Shown in pieces: positions 40,348 to 54,035 of a stretch of 64,000 nucleotides of DNA. Source of the DNA: Camelus dromedarius (lineage: Eukaryota); NCBI RefSeq assembly GCF_036321535.1, contig NC_087436.1, positions 7,936,001 to 8,000,000 on the forward strand. Reading direction: 5' to 3'. The notes beneath the pieces are model-generated. The model was given only the letters and a program-made list of their open reading frames with translations, ran no database searches and was not told where the DNA came from. The translations under genes were made by a program, and so were the position numbers. Numbering within the stretch: position 1 is the stretch's first letter; each line of letters starts with the position of its first letter.

Positions 40348-41617
40348 TAGCATCAGCTATCCTAAGACATTTGAACATTGATTAAAAATTATGCAGACAT
40401 GAAAATAAGAACGAATATCAGGTATTAAATGTAAAAAGGACAATAGTCAAGTTGACCATTCTTTCAAAATTTGAAGTGGGTATAAGATACAGATAATGGA
40501 AGATAGTGAATAATTTAGAAGATATTAAGAGAAAGATGAAAGCATTAGTTTTTCTATACATTTTACTCCATATATATCAGAAAAGGAAGTTGTGAAATGA
40601 AACTAGTGTTTAGAAGTACATGTCTTATAGTGAAATAAAGTAGGTGTTAAACAATATGTCCCAGTAATAAATCCATCTGCAGAAGATTATAGCCAGGACT
40701 AGTATGGGTTGAAGTCTGAATAAAGATGAAGTGACATACGTGAAAGCTTCACTAAAAGAAGAAATAACTTATAAAAGAACAAAGCACATCCACAATTCTA
40801 TAATTTCAAAAGTGAAAGTAATTTTGGTCCTCTTAGTAGCAGAAGTAATTTCCAACACACCATATACTGACAAGCAATGTCTAATATAGTTTATCCCAAT
40901 CTTTCAAAAAATACCTCTGTAGATAAACACAGAGATATAAAATTTGATGTCAGTCCTCTAATCTTAATTAATAGAAAACATTAAGGGGCATTTTCCACTA
41001 AATGTGCAAATCATGCAGATGGATTACAAAGCACAAGTTTGTACTAAACATGTACTTTACCCTAAACTCCAAGTGGACTGATAACCTTAAAAAGGTAGGG
41101 ACTTTTTCAAACTCATCCTGTTATATACCTTTCACTGAGGAACACAGTGACTGCAATAAGCAGAAAATAATCTAAACAAATTGGGAACCACTGTCCAGTT
41201 CTTATTTGCTGAACTTGCTTGATCGAATCTGTACTTCACTATCATCCCACTGCCATCAAATTTCTGATTTTTTTACATTCACAGGATACCAAACAAAAAA
41301 ATGCATGATCCAGGAGAATGCAGAATGTTTGAGGGGAAATGTGAACAGTCCCAAGTTCCTTGGACACTGAGAGGAAAATATTGACACTGAGCAGAATTAG
41401 AAATGACAGCAATATTGAAACACGATAAGGAATATAACCTTTGAGGCCATCCAGATCCCAAAGTACCCAAACGGCATGGAATCACAACTGATGGAAGAAG
41501 AATGGGACCTCTGATCTTGGTCCTCAAGGAAAGTCAGCAGAGAAAGAAGTGTGTGCTAAGCATCACAAATTAAGCCAGGTTGCTCTACGCCAATTTAATC
41601 TGGCTAAAAAAAAAAAC

Positions 41618-41765
41618 TAATTTAAGTATAGCTGATTTACAATGTAGTGTTAAGTTTCAGGTGTACAGCAAAGTGATTCGGTTTTATATCTATACACACA
41701 TACATACATATATGTATACATATATATTTTCTTTTTCAGATTCTTTTCCATTATAGATTATTATT
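41618..41765 (-). mobile_element. LINE-1 3' tail
   Basis: 'aagtatagctgatttacaatgtagtgttaagtttcaggtgtacagcaaagtgattc'. Confidence 0.85.
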
Positions 41766-44419
41766 GACTTGACTTAGATATTTTTCTAACTTGACTTTTT
41801 TTGGTTTATTATATTATTTAACTTGACTTAGATATTTTTATTAGTCCATTATGTATAATGCATTTAATATAGTTTTCTTACCCCTTAAATAGCATGAATG
41901 GTTATATTATATGCTTAAAAATATTTCAGTGTGTTCATTTCTGCAGATAACTTTATTAAGGTTTGCATTTTAATAGAAAGTAAATCCTACTGGTTGGTTG
42001 ATTTGAAAATGCAGACTGCCTTTTCTCTTAGGTTATGTGATGGATAGTTTCTGCAAATGAAGTGAGATAAATCCTCAGGTCTAAGCATAAATAATGATAA
42101 AAGTATTTTATCAAAAATAATTTTACTGGCAGAAGTACATTCAAATAAAAATAATTAGTTTCTCAAGCTTTTCTGGATTCCTCTAAGTGAAAGAGAATAG
42201 ATTGTTATTTTCTAATTCTTGATAAAGCTTTTGGTGACATTTCTCAGAAACCACAAAAGTGGCTTTAATACTGAGGAAAAACATTCTTTGAAAGTCCTGT
42301 GGTTTACAATCTTTACTCTCAAAGCTTGAAGGAGAACGCATTCAAAATGTCAGCTTAAAGATCACTAAAAATCATCAGTGCTTCTAGCCTACTTTTTGAT
42401 TTTCTGTGCATACTAGGGAGTTCAAAAATTGAGTGACATTACTATGAAAAAGCAAAGTTTCTCAAAATAATCATCCATAAAAATGCAACATAAAAAAGGG
42501 CTTATATTAAATCTTATTTTTATTAAAACAGTAATCATCCACAGAAACAGCTAAAATTATCTATTGAAGATATATATTTTCTACAAATTCTTTCAGTTTA
42601 ATAGTTATCCAAATCCATAATATATTTAAGTTGAATATGTATCTTTACATTCAAGAATAGATAAACATAAGAGCGAGCAAATAAAAAATATACACCACGG
42701 GGCTAATAAAATGAATAAAATGATAATGTACCGTAAGGAAAAAGCAAAATTGCCTGAAAAATCATAAGAAGATTGTCTCTAATTTATTATCTTTGTAATA
42801 AACAAAAACTGTAAAAGCCATGTCCTTGGTTTGTTCAAAGAGATACATTATCAAATGACTTTTATGAAACAAGAAATAGTTTCCATAATGAAGAAACAAA
42901 GTTGACATATACATCTCTACTTTCAAACCAATACCAAACATTAAAATAAATACATATTTTTACAGCAAAAAGAGAACAATCTGTAAAATACCACTGTTAT
43001 TTATTTTTATTTATGTGTTAGTTCACACATTTAATAAATATGTGAAAAAACATATATGAAAAGACATGAGTTAAACACTAAAAGTAGAAAAATGAGCAAA
43101 AAATAGATAAGATTCTTGAATCTAAAATCTGAAGGCAGAGGAATACTTTAACCAATTAATGGTGGAATTAGTGTAAACTTACAATTGGCAGTAGGTGTGG
43201 ACAGGAGCACATGGTGACCCTTGTGGGATGAAGAAAGGGGATTTGATCGGACTTAGAAAGGCTTCCCTGGAGTGCTGGTAAGGGAAGGGGCTCCACACTA
43301 AGAGAAATAACATATACAGGAGCCCTATGTTGGGAAGTGGGTGACGTGCCACAGGAACAAAACAATTGAACATGGGAAAAATGATACAAAATTACTAACA
43401 GTAAAATGACCAGAAATCAGAATTATTAACAGATAAAGAAATATACATATATATTTAACATGACATGATGTATTTCATACACACACTATGTATATCTACC
43501 AACACATCCACCAGTCTATTAAGAACCTGCGTATTATGAGAAATCAAGCCTAAATTTGACTCCTTCTGTTTTATGGGCATACTGTATATTACATTGTTGA
43601 CCAGACATTCAACTTAAACCATACATCTGGCCTTGCACCCCCACCCTTTTTATCGGAAGCTGTAGTATCAGTAAACTGTGAAGCACGCAGTTCTGGGTAG
43701 AACTCCTGGTCCTGAGATTTGTAACTATTTTAACTTCTTTTGAGCATTTTACTTTTCCTGTTACATTTATGTGTGTGGGTTTTGATGCATTTTTTTGCCT
43801 ATTCAAATTTTTAATATTCCCAAATTTGCATTATCCACGAATCCAATTAGTGTATTTTGTATGTCTCCATTCTGGTTTTAGGTGTTAGAAAAAAACAGTG
43901 ACCAGCATGTTAATAGATCTAATATCCTCCAAATGTATCCCTAGAATTTTTACTTCATATATCCCCCCATAAATCAGTATTATTAAAGCTTATCATTTTT
44001 TTAAAAGACAGTACTAAATGAAAACTGGGATAATCAAAGAAGTTTTCTGAAGAGAGTAGAATTTGAATTGTGTTTCCACAGCTTGTAAAAAAAAAAAAAA
44101 AGGAATGGATTTTCATGTTAGGCATGAAAATTATCTCCAAAATAGTCAGATATTCAGCCATTGTCTTTCTCTGTCTCTTTCTCTCCCCAGTTATGGAAAA
44201 TTAAAATTGAAAACAAATAAAAGTGAAAATACCACATTTGAAAATTGTCAAAGACATGGTTTCTGTGAACATCTGATACTTGAGAGAAATTTAGAGTCAT
44301 TTGTTAAATAAAGTCTAACATAAAAAGATATATTTAGAGCTTGGTTGAAATTACTTTTACTTTTTGCCTCAGTGAGGAAGCAATGAAAAAGAAGCAGAGA
44401 GGATCAAATGTCCCTGAAG

Positions 44420-44770
44420 GTGGAAGGGAAGTCTTCCTCTGTCTCCCGGGCACCCTTGTGAAATGCCATGGTCTCGACAGATGCCTGCCGGGACAGACGA
44501 GCCCACAAGTGTCACCACCTGCTGTTTTCTTTTCCATTTGAGCCCAGTTTGGGGATGCCACGCCCCCAATCCACGCCCATGCCAGCCTATGCAACTCAGC
44601 CTTAACATCTCGGGTTTATAACGTCTTACTGTTCCAGTTCCGTGACCAGTCTGATGATGCTTATAAGTATCCATTCTTACCCATCCATTCTAGGGTACAT
44701 GCTCTATTTCTGGTTGCACCACACACCTGTTTCCTGACTCAAGGCAGCAGGACTTGCTGCCTCTTACTAC
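44420..44770. mobile_element. Possible old LTR fragment
   Basis: GC-richer block ending abruptly in '...gctgcctcttactaca'. Family not recognised. Confidence 0.35.
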
Positions 44771-45072
44771 AACTGGCTTCTGAACCTTTCTTCTTTACAT
44801 GAGAAATCTGAGGCTGAGAAAGACTACAGAGTGCACCACAGGCTAACAGCTGTTCTAGTCTATTCTAGACCAAAGGTCCAAATGAGTAATCTTTTTATAA
44901 GTCCTGGTATGACTCATGTAATTCTAATACTTTATGTAATGCCAATTATTTTATTAGAATTAAGTTTAAAAGTGTTTTAAGAAAAAAATTTTTAAAGAGA
45001 AATGATTGTGTTCTGATAATACCAATGATTACTTCATGACCTTGGTATAATGTTTTTAAGCTTCTGGCTTAA

Positions 45073-45084
45073 AATATATATATA

Positions 45085-45116
<32 letters not shown>

Positions 45117-45140
45117 CACACATTATATATATATATAATT
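45073..45140. repeat. Compound microsatellite (TA)n(TG)n(TA)n(CA)n(TA)n
   Basis: Directly visible. Confidence 0.9.
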
Positions 45141-45238
45141 TGGCTACTATATGTTTTAAAGCCTGCATCTGATTTAACAAGTATGAAGAACTATTTATAA
45201 AATCTTAAGGAAATCTTTTTACAATTAAAAGAGCTAGT

Positions 45239-45464
45239 GGGGGAGGGATAAATTAGGAGTTTGGGATTAGCAGATACAAACTACTATAAACAAAATAGAT
45301 AAACAACAAGGTCCTCCTGTATAGTACAGGGAAATATATTCAATATCTTATAGTAACCTATGAGTAGGAATATATATGTTATATATATATAAATCTATAA
45401 CTGAAATTACTATGCTGTGCACCAGAAACTAACACAACATTATAAATCAAAAATACTTCAATAA
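45239..45464 (+). mobile_element. LINE-1 3' end with TSD
   Basis: 'ggggagggataaattaggagtttgggattagcagatac...cttcaataaa'. TSD aaaagagctagt (45227-45238) / aaaacagctagt (45465-45476), preceded by TT. Confidence 0.92.
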
Positions 45465-47040
45465 AAAACAGCTAGTAGGTTTATATTATTATTATTAACT
45501 AATTAAAATCAAGCAAAAAAGCATATATTACCACAACTGGACAAAATGTGAAGCTAAAATCACTTCACTGCAAAGAATCTAGGCTTACGCTGCTCATGTG
45601 AGGTGGATTGGATTTAGGAAATATATCATCCCTTATAAAACAGAAAATAAGTAGAGAGATCAAAGTATTTTCTTTTAAATCAGCCAGAGTCTAAGTTAGC
45701 CCAGGAAAAAAAAAAAATTCACATCTAGATTTATATTGAGAAAATGATCTTTCTCAGTCCTTTTTCATTTACATCTCCATGGGGTAAACTGACAATTTTT
45801 GCTTGAGCATCCATTTACAAGGCTGCTTTGCCAGTTTCAGAAGTTCTCTACTGCCGACGTCAGCATGCATAAAATGAAACAGTTGACAAAAAGAATAGCA
45901 ACTAAAGGCATAGATTACATACTCAGAAAAAACAGCATGTGGAAGAGATAAGGCAAGGGAAAGAGAAATGAATATCTACAGATGCCCAGTGCTGCATAAT
46001 GAATTCATACGAGCTGTTGCTGAGCATATTAAAGGTATTACTGATTTTCAACTTCCATAAAAGAGAAAACTGTGACACTGTCTTCCAGGAAGGAGAAGAG
46101 TGGGCTTAATTTCCCATTGGTTTTCTTTAGATCCTGTTGACGAGTTTTTATTTTTCATCACTTGCACCTTCGAAATTTCCTTCAGTTGTTGAAACCACTC
46201 GTGTAAGAGATATTGAGAGCTGACAAACAGGTGGAGAAGTTGCTGCCTTTTCTCAGTCATTAACTTGGTGGTTTGAATGATTCCTGGTTTCTCCGCCCCC
46301 ATGCCTGGAGTAGACATTCGGTAATATGTGTTCATTGGATCTGGGTTCATTGAAATCATTCCTTTGATGTGTCTAGGTGCACATCAGAGGAATACAGTGG
46401 AGACCCTATACTGCGAGAGAAAAATTACATAGAAGACCTGAAATTTTGTTCATGCTATAAATCTTTTCTCCCTCTGAAGTATATGACTTGTGAGCTAATG
46501 ACTGTATGCTAATCATACAGCTCCATGGTGATGATTTAATTGTCCATATATATCATTAGCTTCTGAAAAATTTCCCCTAACTGGACTCATAAGGCATTGA
46601 TCAGCGAAGAACTACCAGCTTTCCTGACCCACCTAATGAAACACCTTTATTTGCCCCTTCAGTTGTCTCCCTTCTTAAGCAAATTGCATAAATCTTCAAT
46701 TCATGGATGGTTTCACACCCATATGTGGTACAAAGATGATATTCTAAGATTTCGATCAGTGGGGAGTGACGTGGACAGGAACATGGCCTGCTTTTTCCTC
46801 CATTAACCTTTTATTAAAAACAAAAACAAAATTTACACCCAAGTTCCTCAACCTATTATCATAAGTCAGAAACAAGCAGATCTTCGTTAACCTGAGAGTC
46901 ACTGATCTCTTCTTGATAACATTAACATCAATGAATAGTGCACGAATTATTCTTTCAATAGATCTTGACTAAGACCCCACAACCTGTCCAGCCTCATGCT
47001 AGGACCTGGGACAGTAGCATTGAACAGAGAATTTACATGC

Positions 47041-47544
47041 TGTTGACTGAAAAAATATGCACAACCTAAGGTTGAGAGTGATGTTTTATTTAGAGGACTT
47101 TCTGAGGACTCCAGCCTGGGAGGTGGCCTCCCAGATCGCTCTGAGGGACTGCTCCAAAGAGGAAGGGGAAGAGCCAGGATATATATGAGTCTTGCCCCAA
47201 AGATAAGATAGTCAGAACATCAAAAGATTACTGTTAATTAAACAAAACCAGATATTCCAAGTTAATGAATTTAGCACTTTTCTAGGAATGGGAAGATGCA
47301 AAAGTCTGGGCTCATTGAAATCATTCCTTTGATATGCACCTAGCTGTCTAGGGCCAGTGTCCTGTTTTTCCCATCCTGAGTCCCCTCAGGGGGCACAACT
47401 AGGGGTGGAAGCAGAGGTTGGACTGCCTGCTTGTCCACATCCTGAGTTCCCTCTGCTCACTGTTGGAAGTGGCAGTGATGGCTGATGACTGGATGGCCCC
47501 AGAATCCTGTTTACTGATATGGCTGCAATATTTTTTCATTCACA
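47041..47544 (-). mobile_element. Solo ERV1-type LTR
   Basis: 'tgttgactgaaa...ttcattcaca'. 4-bp TSD atgc/atac (1 mismatch). Minus-strand AATAAA near 47085 and a TATA-like 'tatatat' near 47180. Confidence 0.88.
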
Positions 47545-48170
47545 ATACCATTGAAGGAGACAACTTATAATTCAGGAATTGCATAACTACTTACACAGGA
47601 AATTAGACCAGATGTTCAAGTGCTAAATAGAAAGTAAATCAGGGTGACATGGTACAATGACAACGTGGCTCCATTAGGCTGATTAGTTAAAAGAATGCTC
47701 ACCTGAGAGAGTGACACACATACACCAAATCAGAACTAATCATGGGAAGACCAGATAGAAGGATATTCTAAGCCAAGGCTCTACATTAAGAATGTGTTCC
47801 ATGCATTCAAGGAACCAAAAGAAAGGTCGTGTGACTGGGCCATCGAAGCAAGAGAAAGAGAATTATAGATCATCTGTCAGACCTTGTGAAGGGGGCAGAT
47901 AGTGTAGAGCTGTTTTAGCTGGAAGAAAGTTTAGACATTATCTCAAATGCCAACGGAAGATACTTTTAAGAGTTGTATGCAACTGTGTGGAGAATAGTTT
48001 GTAGGGGCGAAATGTGAGGGTAGAAAGAACACATAGGAGGCTAACTGACTAATCCAAGAAGACATCGTGGTGGTTAGCACAATGACAGTGGAGCTGCTGC
48101 AAAAGTGGAGACGTTAGACACTGAGACAGATGTCAAAGACACAGAAGACCAACAGTTACTAGTGTGCTGG

Positions 48171-48733
48171 TGTTAGGCACTTAGAGAGGTAGGGGCACTG
48201 GGCAAGGGGAGTGGAAAGAGGAGGGAATAATCTGGAAGATAATAGTATACCTGCCCTCAGAATAAAGGGCTTCAAAGAATTTTACTTTCTCTAAATGAGT
48301 GCCAAAAAAGAAACTGGTTATAACCGGATGCTGTGACTGTGCAGTAGAGAGAAGGATCCGACTTGACATGACCCAGTGCTCATTGTAATGTAATTAGCAT
48401 TGTGGTTTAGCCCCACACACCCCGTGGGCTTTTCTGTATGCACTGATACGAAGGACATGCACAATAAGGGAAAGTTTGTGTAACCTACACATGTCACTCA
48501 GATGATGTCAACTATCAAAATCGCTTAAGACAGCCCCTAGGAAACCTCACAAAAGGAACAGGAGTGGGGGAATCATGGATTTTCCTCTCCTGGACCAGCC
48601 TGACTTCAGCCCTCAAAGGTGTACTTTCACTTTGCTAATAAACTTTTTGTTTACACAGTGCTTTCGTCTCTCATCTGAATCTTCTCTTTTGGGTAAGACA
48701 AAAACTGAGGCTTTTTCCTTTTCTGGGGTAACT
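48171..48733 (+). mobile_element. Solo ERV1-type LTR
   Basis: 'tgttaggcac...ggggtaact' (terminal CA mutated). 4-bp TSD CTGG on both sides. AATAAA near 48636 followed by typical U5 text 'gggtaagacaaaaactgagg'. Confidence 0.8.
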
Positions 48734-51092
48734 CTGGGGTGAGGAGAAGTGGTATTCAAAGATACTTTCTCAACTTTTGACTTGAGCAACTGATTAGAAG
48801 TTATGACCTTTACTTAGTGAGGAAAGATTCCAAGAGAATGAGATGGGAGTGTCAAAAGCAAGAATGAAGACGTTTTTGACGTATTACATGGGAGAGCACT
48901 GCAAGGAATATACAGGAGCATGCTAAGAAAGACATCAGATATAAATTAGGGGTCACCCCCATACAGCCCATGTTGATGATCCAGCTTAAACTGAGAAACT
49001 GATAGTGTAAGAGAGAGTAGGAATGACATTTTGAAAAAAAGAGAGGGGAGAGACTTCAAAGTACAAGTGAAGGGACTTCACTTGGTTAGTAAGTGCAGAG
49101 ATATTCCATCCATGGAGCCAGACGGCAGGTAGGGAATGCATGTGCATTTGCTCCTGAGAAGAGGAAATTAGTCCACTTAGACTCTTTCTGTTTCTCAATG
49201 AAGCACAAGTCAAGGTAATTAGCTGAGAATGAAAAAAGATTAAGGGAAAAGAAAATTAAAAGGGATACAGAAAATGAGCAATAGTGATTTGGGGTAGGAG
49301 AGGATGAAAGAAAATGTAAAAATATAGTCAGATTTTTGAGTCGTACACAGTGATTATTTTAAATGTGCAGCCTGAAGTTTAAGATGGGGTCAGTCAGTTC
49401 TGCATGCAGTCGTGGAGAAGACAGAAAATTGAGTTTAATTAGGTGCCAGGTAAAACAGATGGAGAAGAGGAAAGGGCATTAAAAGTCTTGCAAGGGTGTT
49501 GTTATAATTATGGGGCATTGAATTTGAGTAGGAAATGAGGTGAAGACATGGGTTGGAGAAAGAACAGTTCACAGAAAAAAAAAAAAAAACAGTTGGGAGT
49601 TTTCACTCAGGTCAAAATGTTGGTAGGAAAGAAACTGAATCAGAATGATAGGAAACATGTTCAGAGAGTAGTGTTTTGTTTTCCCCTATCTCTGAGTCCT
49701 AACTTAAGGAGTGATTAAACAAAAACATGCCCATCAGAGAGGGCTTTAGAGATAGCAGTGGCATCAGGATACAACTGAGTGTTCTAAAGAGGTGGGTGAC
49801 AAAAGTAATGTTTGAAAACATGAGGAAATTTGCTGATTATAGATCTTGTTGGTGAAATACATCATAGGATGACTTTCGAGGTTGTGTAAATATAAGGAAT
49901 TGTGTAGATTAATAGATATGTACAACACAAAATAGACTTGGAAGCTTGGGTTTCTAATACTGTGCAAGGTGTGTGAACAGGCATCTGTGGTTCATGATTT
50001 TCTAATGCTGTGAAGGGGGGTTATGAGGCTCATGAAGTTCACGGTGGGAGTCACTCGAGCAAAGGCAGGAAACCTGTTCAATATGGCTGGTGTGGGACCT
50101 CTGAGTCCTACAGGAGTGGTAGCCAAGGTGATGAGTGTGACTGAGGGCTTACTTAAGGGATGGCTTCTTCAGGTGACTGGTTCTTCTAAGGGTCTTTTAA
50201 TCCAACAGTCTTGCTCTGTGACACACAGCCTCTCCTTCAGTAGGAGGTAAGGAACTTCTTCTTTCCTAAAGTGGCAGAATAGTGTTCTGGCTGGACTGGG
50301 TTGGGGGGGGGGTGGCTTTGATGCTGCTTCTCCTCTGTACAACAATGATGGAAAGAGAAATAAGTGTGTGTGTACACATATATATAATTAACAGTTTAAT
50401 ATTTGTCTACGGGTACTTCAGACATGGTTAGTTCATCAGTTATGAACTAATGGTGGATCCCAGATCTTCTTTATGATGCAAAAAAATTAAGATGTAATGT
50501 ATATACATACTCACACACACATGTGAGTATATATTATTTATAAGTCATATGTATGCTCATGACCCTAGTATATGTATTTTAAACATATATAAAAATAGAT
50601 ACTAAGAAAGCAAATTAAAAATATATACATAGAAGTTCTAATAGTTTCCTTCCCACAAAGAGCATGCCTGTCTGAGCTTTGGGGAGCATGGCTACTTCAC
50701 TGTGGACAGCACTTGGAATATATAGCTTAAGAAACCCACTATCAAAAATTTTTTTTTAATTTAAAAAAAAATAAATAACACCCACTATCAAACTCAAAAC
50801 CAATTCAGAATTAGAGTCATATATATATTCTAGTGCATACAAAATATATATATTAAGGATATATTTTATTCTAGTGAAAACCATAGGAAAATTCCCTAAT
50901 TCACAAATAGAATGTAAAAATGAATCTGTACAATAAAATAAATTTTTTCATGAGATTAAGCTCATTTTCAGCCTCACGAAACCTGATTTTTGGATTTACT
51001 GTTTAGTACAAGGTATTTTTGTTCATTTGCCCCTGATTGCTTTCAGAGTTAGCACATATGCAATAAAAATGTTTTTTAATGTTCTGACTTTT

Positions 51093-51603
51093 ATGGAAAC
51101 AACCTAAATGTCCATTAACAGATGACTAAATAAAGAAGATGTGATATATGTATACAATGGAATATTACTCAGCCATAAAAAAGAATGAAATAATCTATTT
51201 GCAGCAACACGGATGGACCTGGAGATTATCATTGTAAGTAAAGTAAGTCAGACAGAAAAAGACAAATATCATATGATCTCACTTGTATATGAAATTTAAA
51301 AAAAAACAAAACGAACTTATTTACAAAACAGAAACAGACTCATAGACATAGAAAATAAAATTATAGTTACCTAAGGGGAAAGAGGAGGGAGGGGTAAGTA
51401 AGGTGTTAGGGATTAACAGATATACACTATCATATATAAAACAGGTCCTACTGTAGAGCCCAGGGAACTAATTTCAATATTTTATTACAACCTATAATGA
51501 AAAAGAATTTGAAAAAGGATATATATATTTATAACTGAATCACTTTGCTATACACCTGAAACAACTAACACAACACTGTAAGTCAACTATAGTTCAATAA
51601 AAA
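51093..51603 (+). mobile_element. Cetartiodactyl-type LINE-1 3' end
   Basis: 'ggaaacaacctaaatgtccattaacagatgac', 'caaaacagaaacagactcatagacatag', 'ataactgaatcactttgc'. Confidence 0.92.
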
Positions 51604-53957
51604 TAATTTTGATACGTAAATGTTAATCTGACATGTGCCTTAATATGCCACGCAATTTGATTTTTCTAAGTCTTCAGATTCAGTCTCCCTCTTTATCTGT
51701 ATCACCCTTCCTGATTTGAAAACCAATCATCCCATATTTGGTTTGCTTCAGTAGCCTTCTTTCCTATCTACTCATACTTTCCTTCACCTTTGACCTGATT
51801 TCTGAACCATCACCATGCTTCTATTCTAAATGTAGTTCTTGTACTTTGTAACAGGCTTGATTGGCTTGATTGCTAAGGTGCTGTTGATGCTTATCACATT
51901 GGATTTTAAGCCTTCAGCAAGACATTTATAGTACTCAAATTTTTAAAATAAAGTCACCTGTTTTCTATTATCAACTTAAATTTATCTTCCTTTATATACC
52001 AACATAAGAACTGTATTCCAAAAGTTGAACTTCCTGTTTTACCCGACATAGCTCATTTTTACTTCTTATTCTGTGCTTTGTTTGATCTTGTCCAATCAGT
52101 CTTCTACCTTCATAATTTGACCTGTGTATTATGGTAAAAGTATATCTATATCTCTCCAAATTCCTCTTTAAGACAGCAATATAATTATAAGAAATTAGCT
52201 TAGCTAGAACCATGAGTATTGTCAAAGGCAGACTTTAAAACTGTACCCACTGGAGGGTGGATCTTGTAAAATGGAAGCACTTTTGTTTGCATTGGGATAT
52301 GCAAGCTTAAAAGTTAGACATGGGCTTAGGCTGAGATGTTCCACATGATGAAGAGGAGAATTTGAATGTCTCTGGAAAATCCAGGAGAGAGAGGAAAAAA
52401 CATTTCTAGCAAGGTTGCCACTGTAGAGGAAATATGTGAGGAGAAATCTGAGTAGGGACCTTGGCTATTAGAAAATAGGTATGTCTAAGGAGATTTTATA
52501 TTAATTTGTTTTGCAGATATCTATATTTTTTCCTCTCTATACACACTTTACTGAAGTATACATTACACAATTAATTTTTTTTTTGAATTATACATTTGAG
52601 GGAAATCAAGGAGGGACTGACATTCATACTTGGAGTGATGTGAGTGAAAATGGCATGTATGACTTCAGAAAACAGATGAGAGGTTAGCTGGAATCCTAGT
52701 GAGACACAAATGTCCTGTAAAGTGCATCCTAGGTACCATCTCTCTAATACATCTTTCTTTAATGTTTCCTCTCCACAGTGTTTCCTTCTTCATCTAATGC
52801 TTCTATATAAATCATTGTCTTAGCAAATATTATAGCACTTATTTATATACCACCAGATATAACCCTCCAATTTTCTATTACATGCATCTTGCTTCCTCCA
52901 TTATGCTACAAGGAATTGGAAGGCAAGAACATGTAATCCGAATTTCCTTTAGTCCTTTAGAAGCTAGCATTTTGACACAACCAGCCTTTTATAATGCTAG
53001 TGTGTTAGATCTAATAATTGAATGTATTTGCATGGTGTTTTATCACTAGTATTGGATCACGGAGAATACATAGCTTCTTTAAATATTAAACAGTAAAAAT
53101 ATTTAAACATTAAATTTTAATATTAATTACTTATCATTTTAATCCTTTATTCTTTCTATTTAAGTGAAAATGGTAGAAAAGTGTTTACTGAATAGGCAAT
53201 ATTATTGCCAGGAAATGGAAATCCTGCATAATTTGACATCATTTTGTTTTTTAAACTTGTATTTTGTAAGTTATCAGTAGCACTAAGAATCACCATATAT
53301 GGGCCTGAGTACAATTTGGTGTGGACAAATGGATAACTGCTAACTTAACTGAGATGTTCAATGGGGCTTACTTAGTTCTGGCAGTCCCTTCCCCACCACA
53401 CCCCTAAAAGTCTTCTGTATTATAAAACATCATCACAATTAAAAAAGGACCATCATCTAAATCCTGGCCGCCAATGATGTTGCTGTGAGTACAACATCCT
53501 AGTTTTTGGATACTGTTTGAATTGCTTGGCTTCATTTATTGCTTCTTTTCCTCCACCTCTTTTCTAAAAGTGAAGGTGGGATTAAACAAAATACTAAGCA
53601 AGTTTAATTGTTAAACAAGGAACATAAAGTGATATAAACATAAATGACATAAATCATATTCGATTTAAAAAAAATCAAAATCTATTCTTTGCTGTCTGAC
53701 AAACTTGTGAATATAAACCAAAAAAAAAAAAAAAAAACTGCCAAAGTCATGTAATAGATATTAGAGTTATAAAGAATAACTACCTTGGAAGAGTGAAATA
53801 CATTATGAAAATTTTGTCATCTGATGATAACATATTCCTAGCTTTTTGATATATTTTCAACTATTCATTTTTATTTCACAATGGAATATATAGGGACTAT
53901 GCTTAAAAATTAGTCATTTTTTTCTTCTCAGATCCTTTTTAATTATATGCTATCACA

Positions 53958-54035
53958 AGAAATATATATGTATTTATATGTATAACTGAATCACTTTGCT
54001 GTACACCTGAAACTAACATTGTAAATCAACAATTT
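53958..54035 (+). mobile_element. Short LINE-1 3' tail
   Basis: 'tataactgaatcactttgctgtacacctgaaactaacattgtaaatcaac'. Confidence 0.8.

Larger units (their letters stand above)
46945..49700 (-). mobile_element. Long L2 LINE remnant interrupted by two solo LTRs
   Basis: Reverse L2 3' end near 46950 ('ttctttcaatagatcttgactaagacccc...catgctagg'). Purine-rich L2 text continues at 47545-48170 and 48738-49700. Confidence 0.65.

Noticed and set aside
46048..46359. 103-aa minus-strand ORF
   Set aside because: No recognisable homology or splice context, and its start lies inside the LTR-derived templated insertion.
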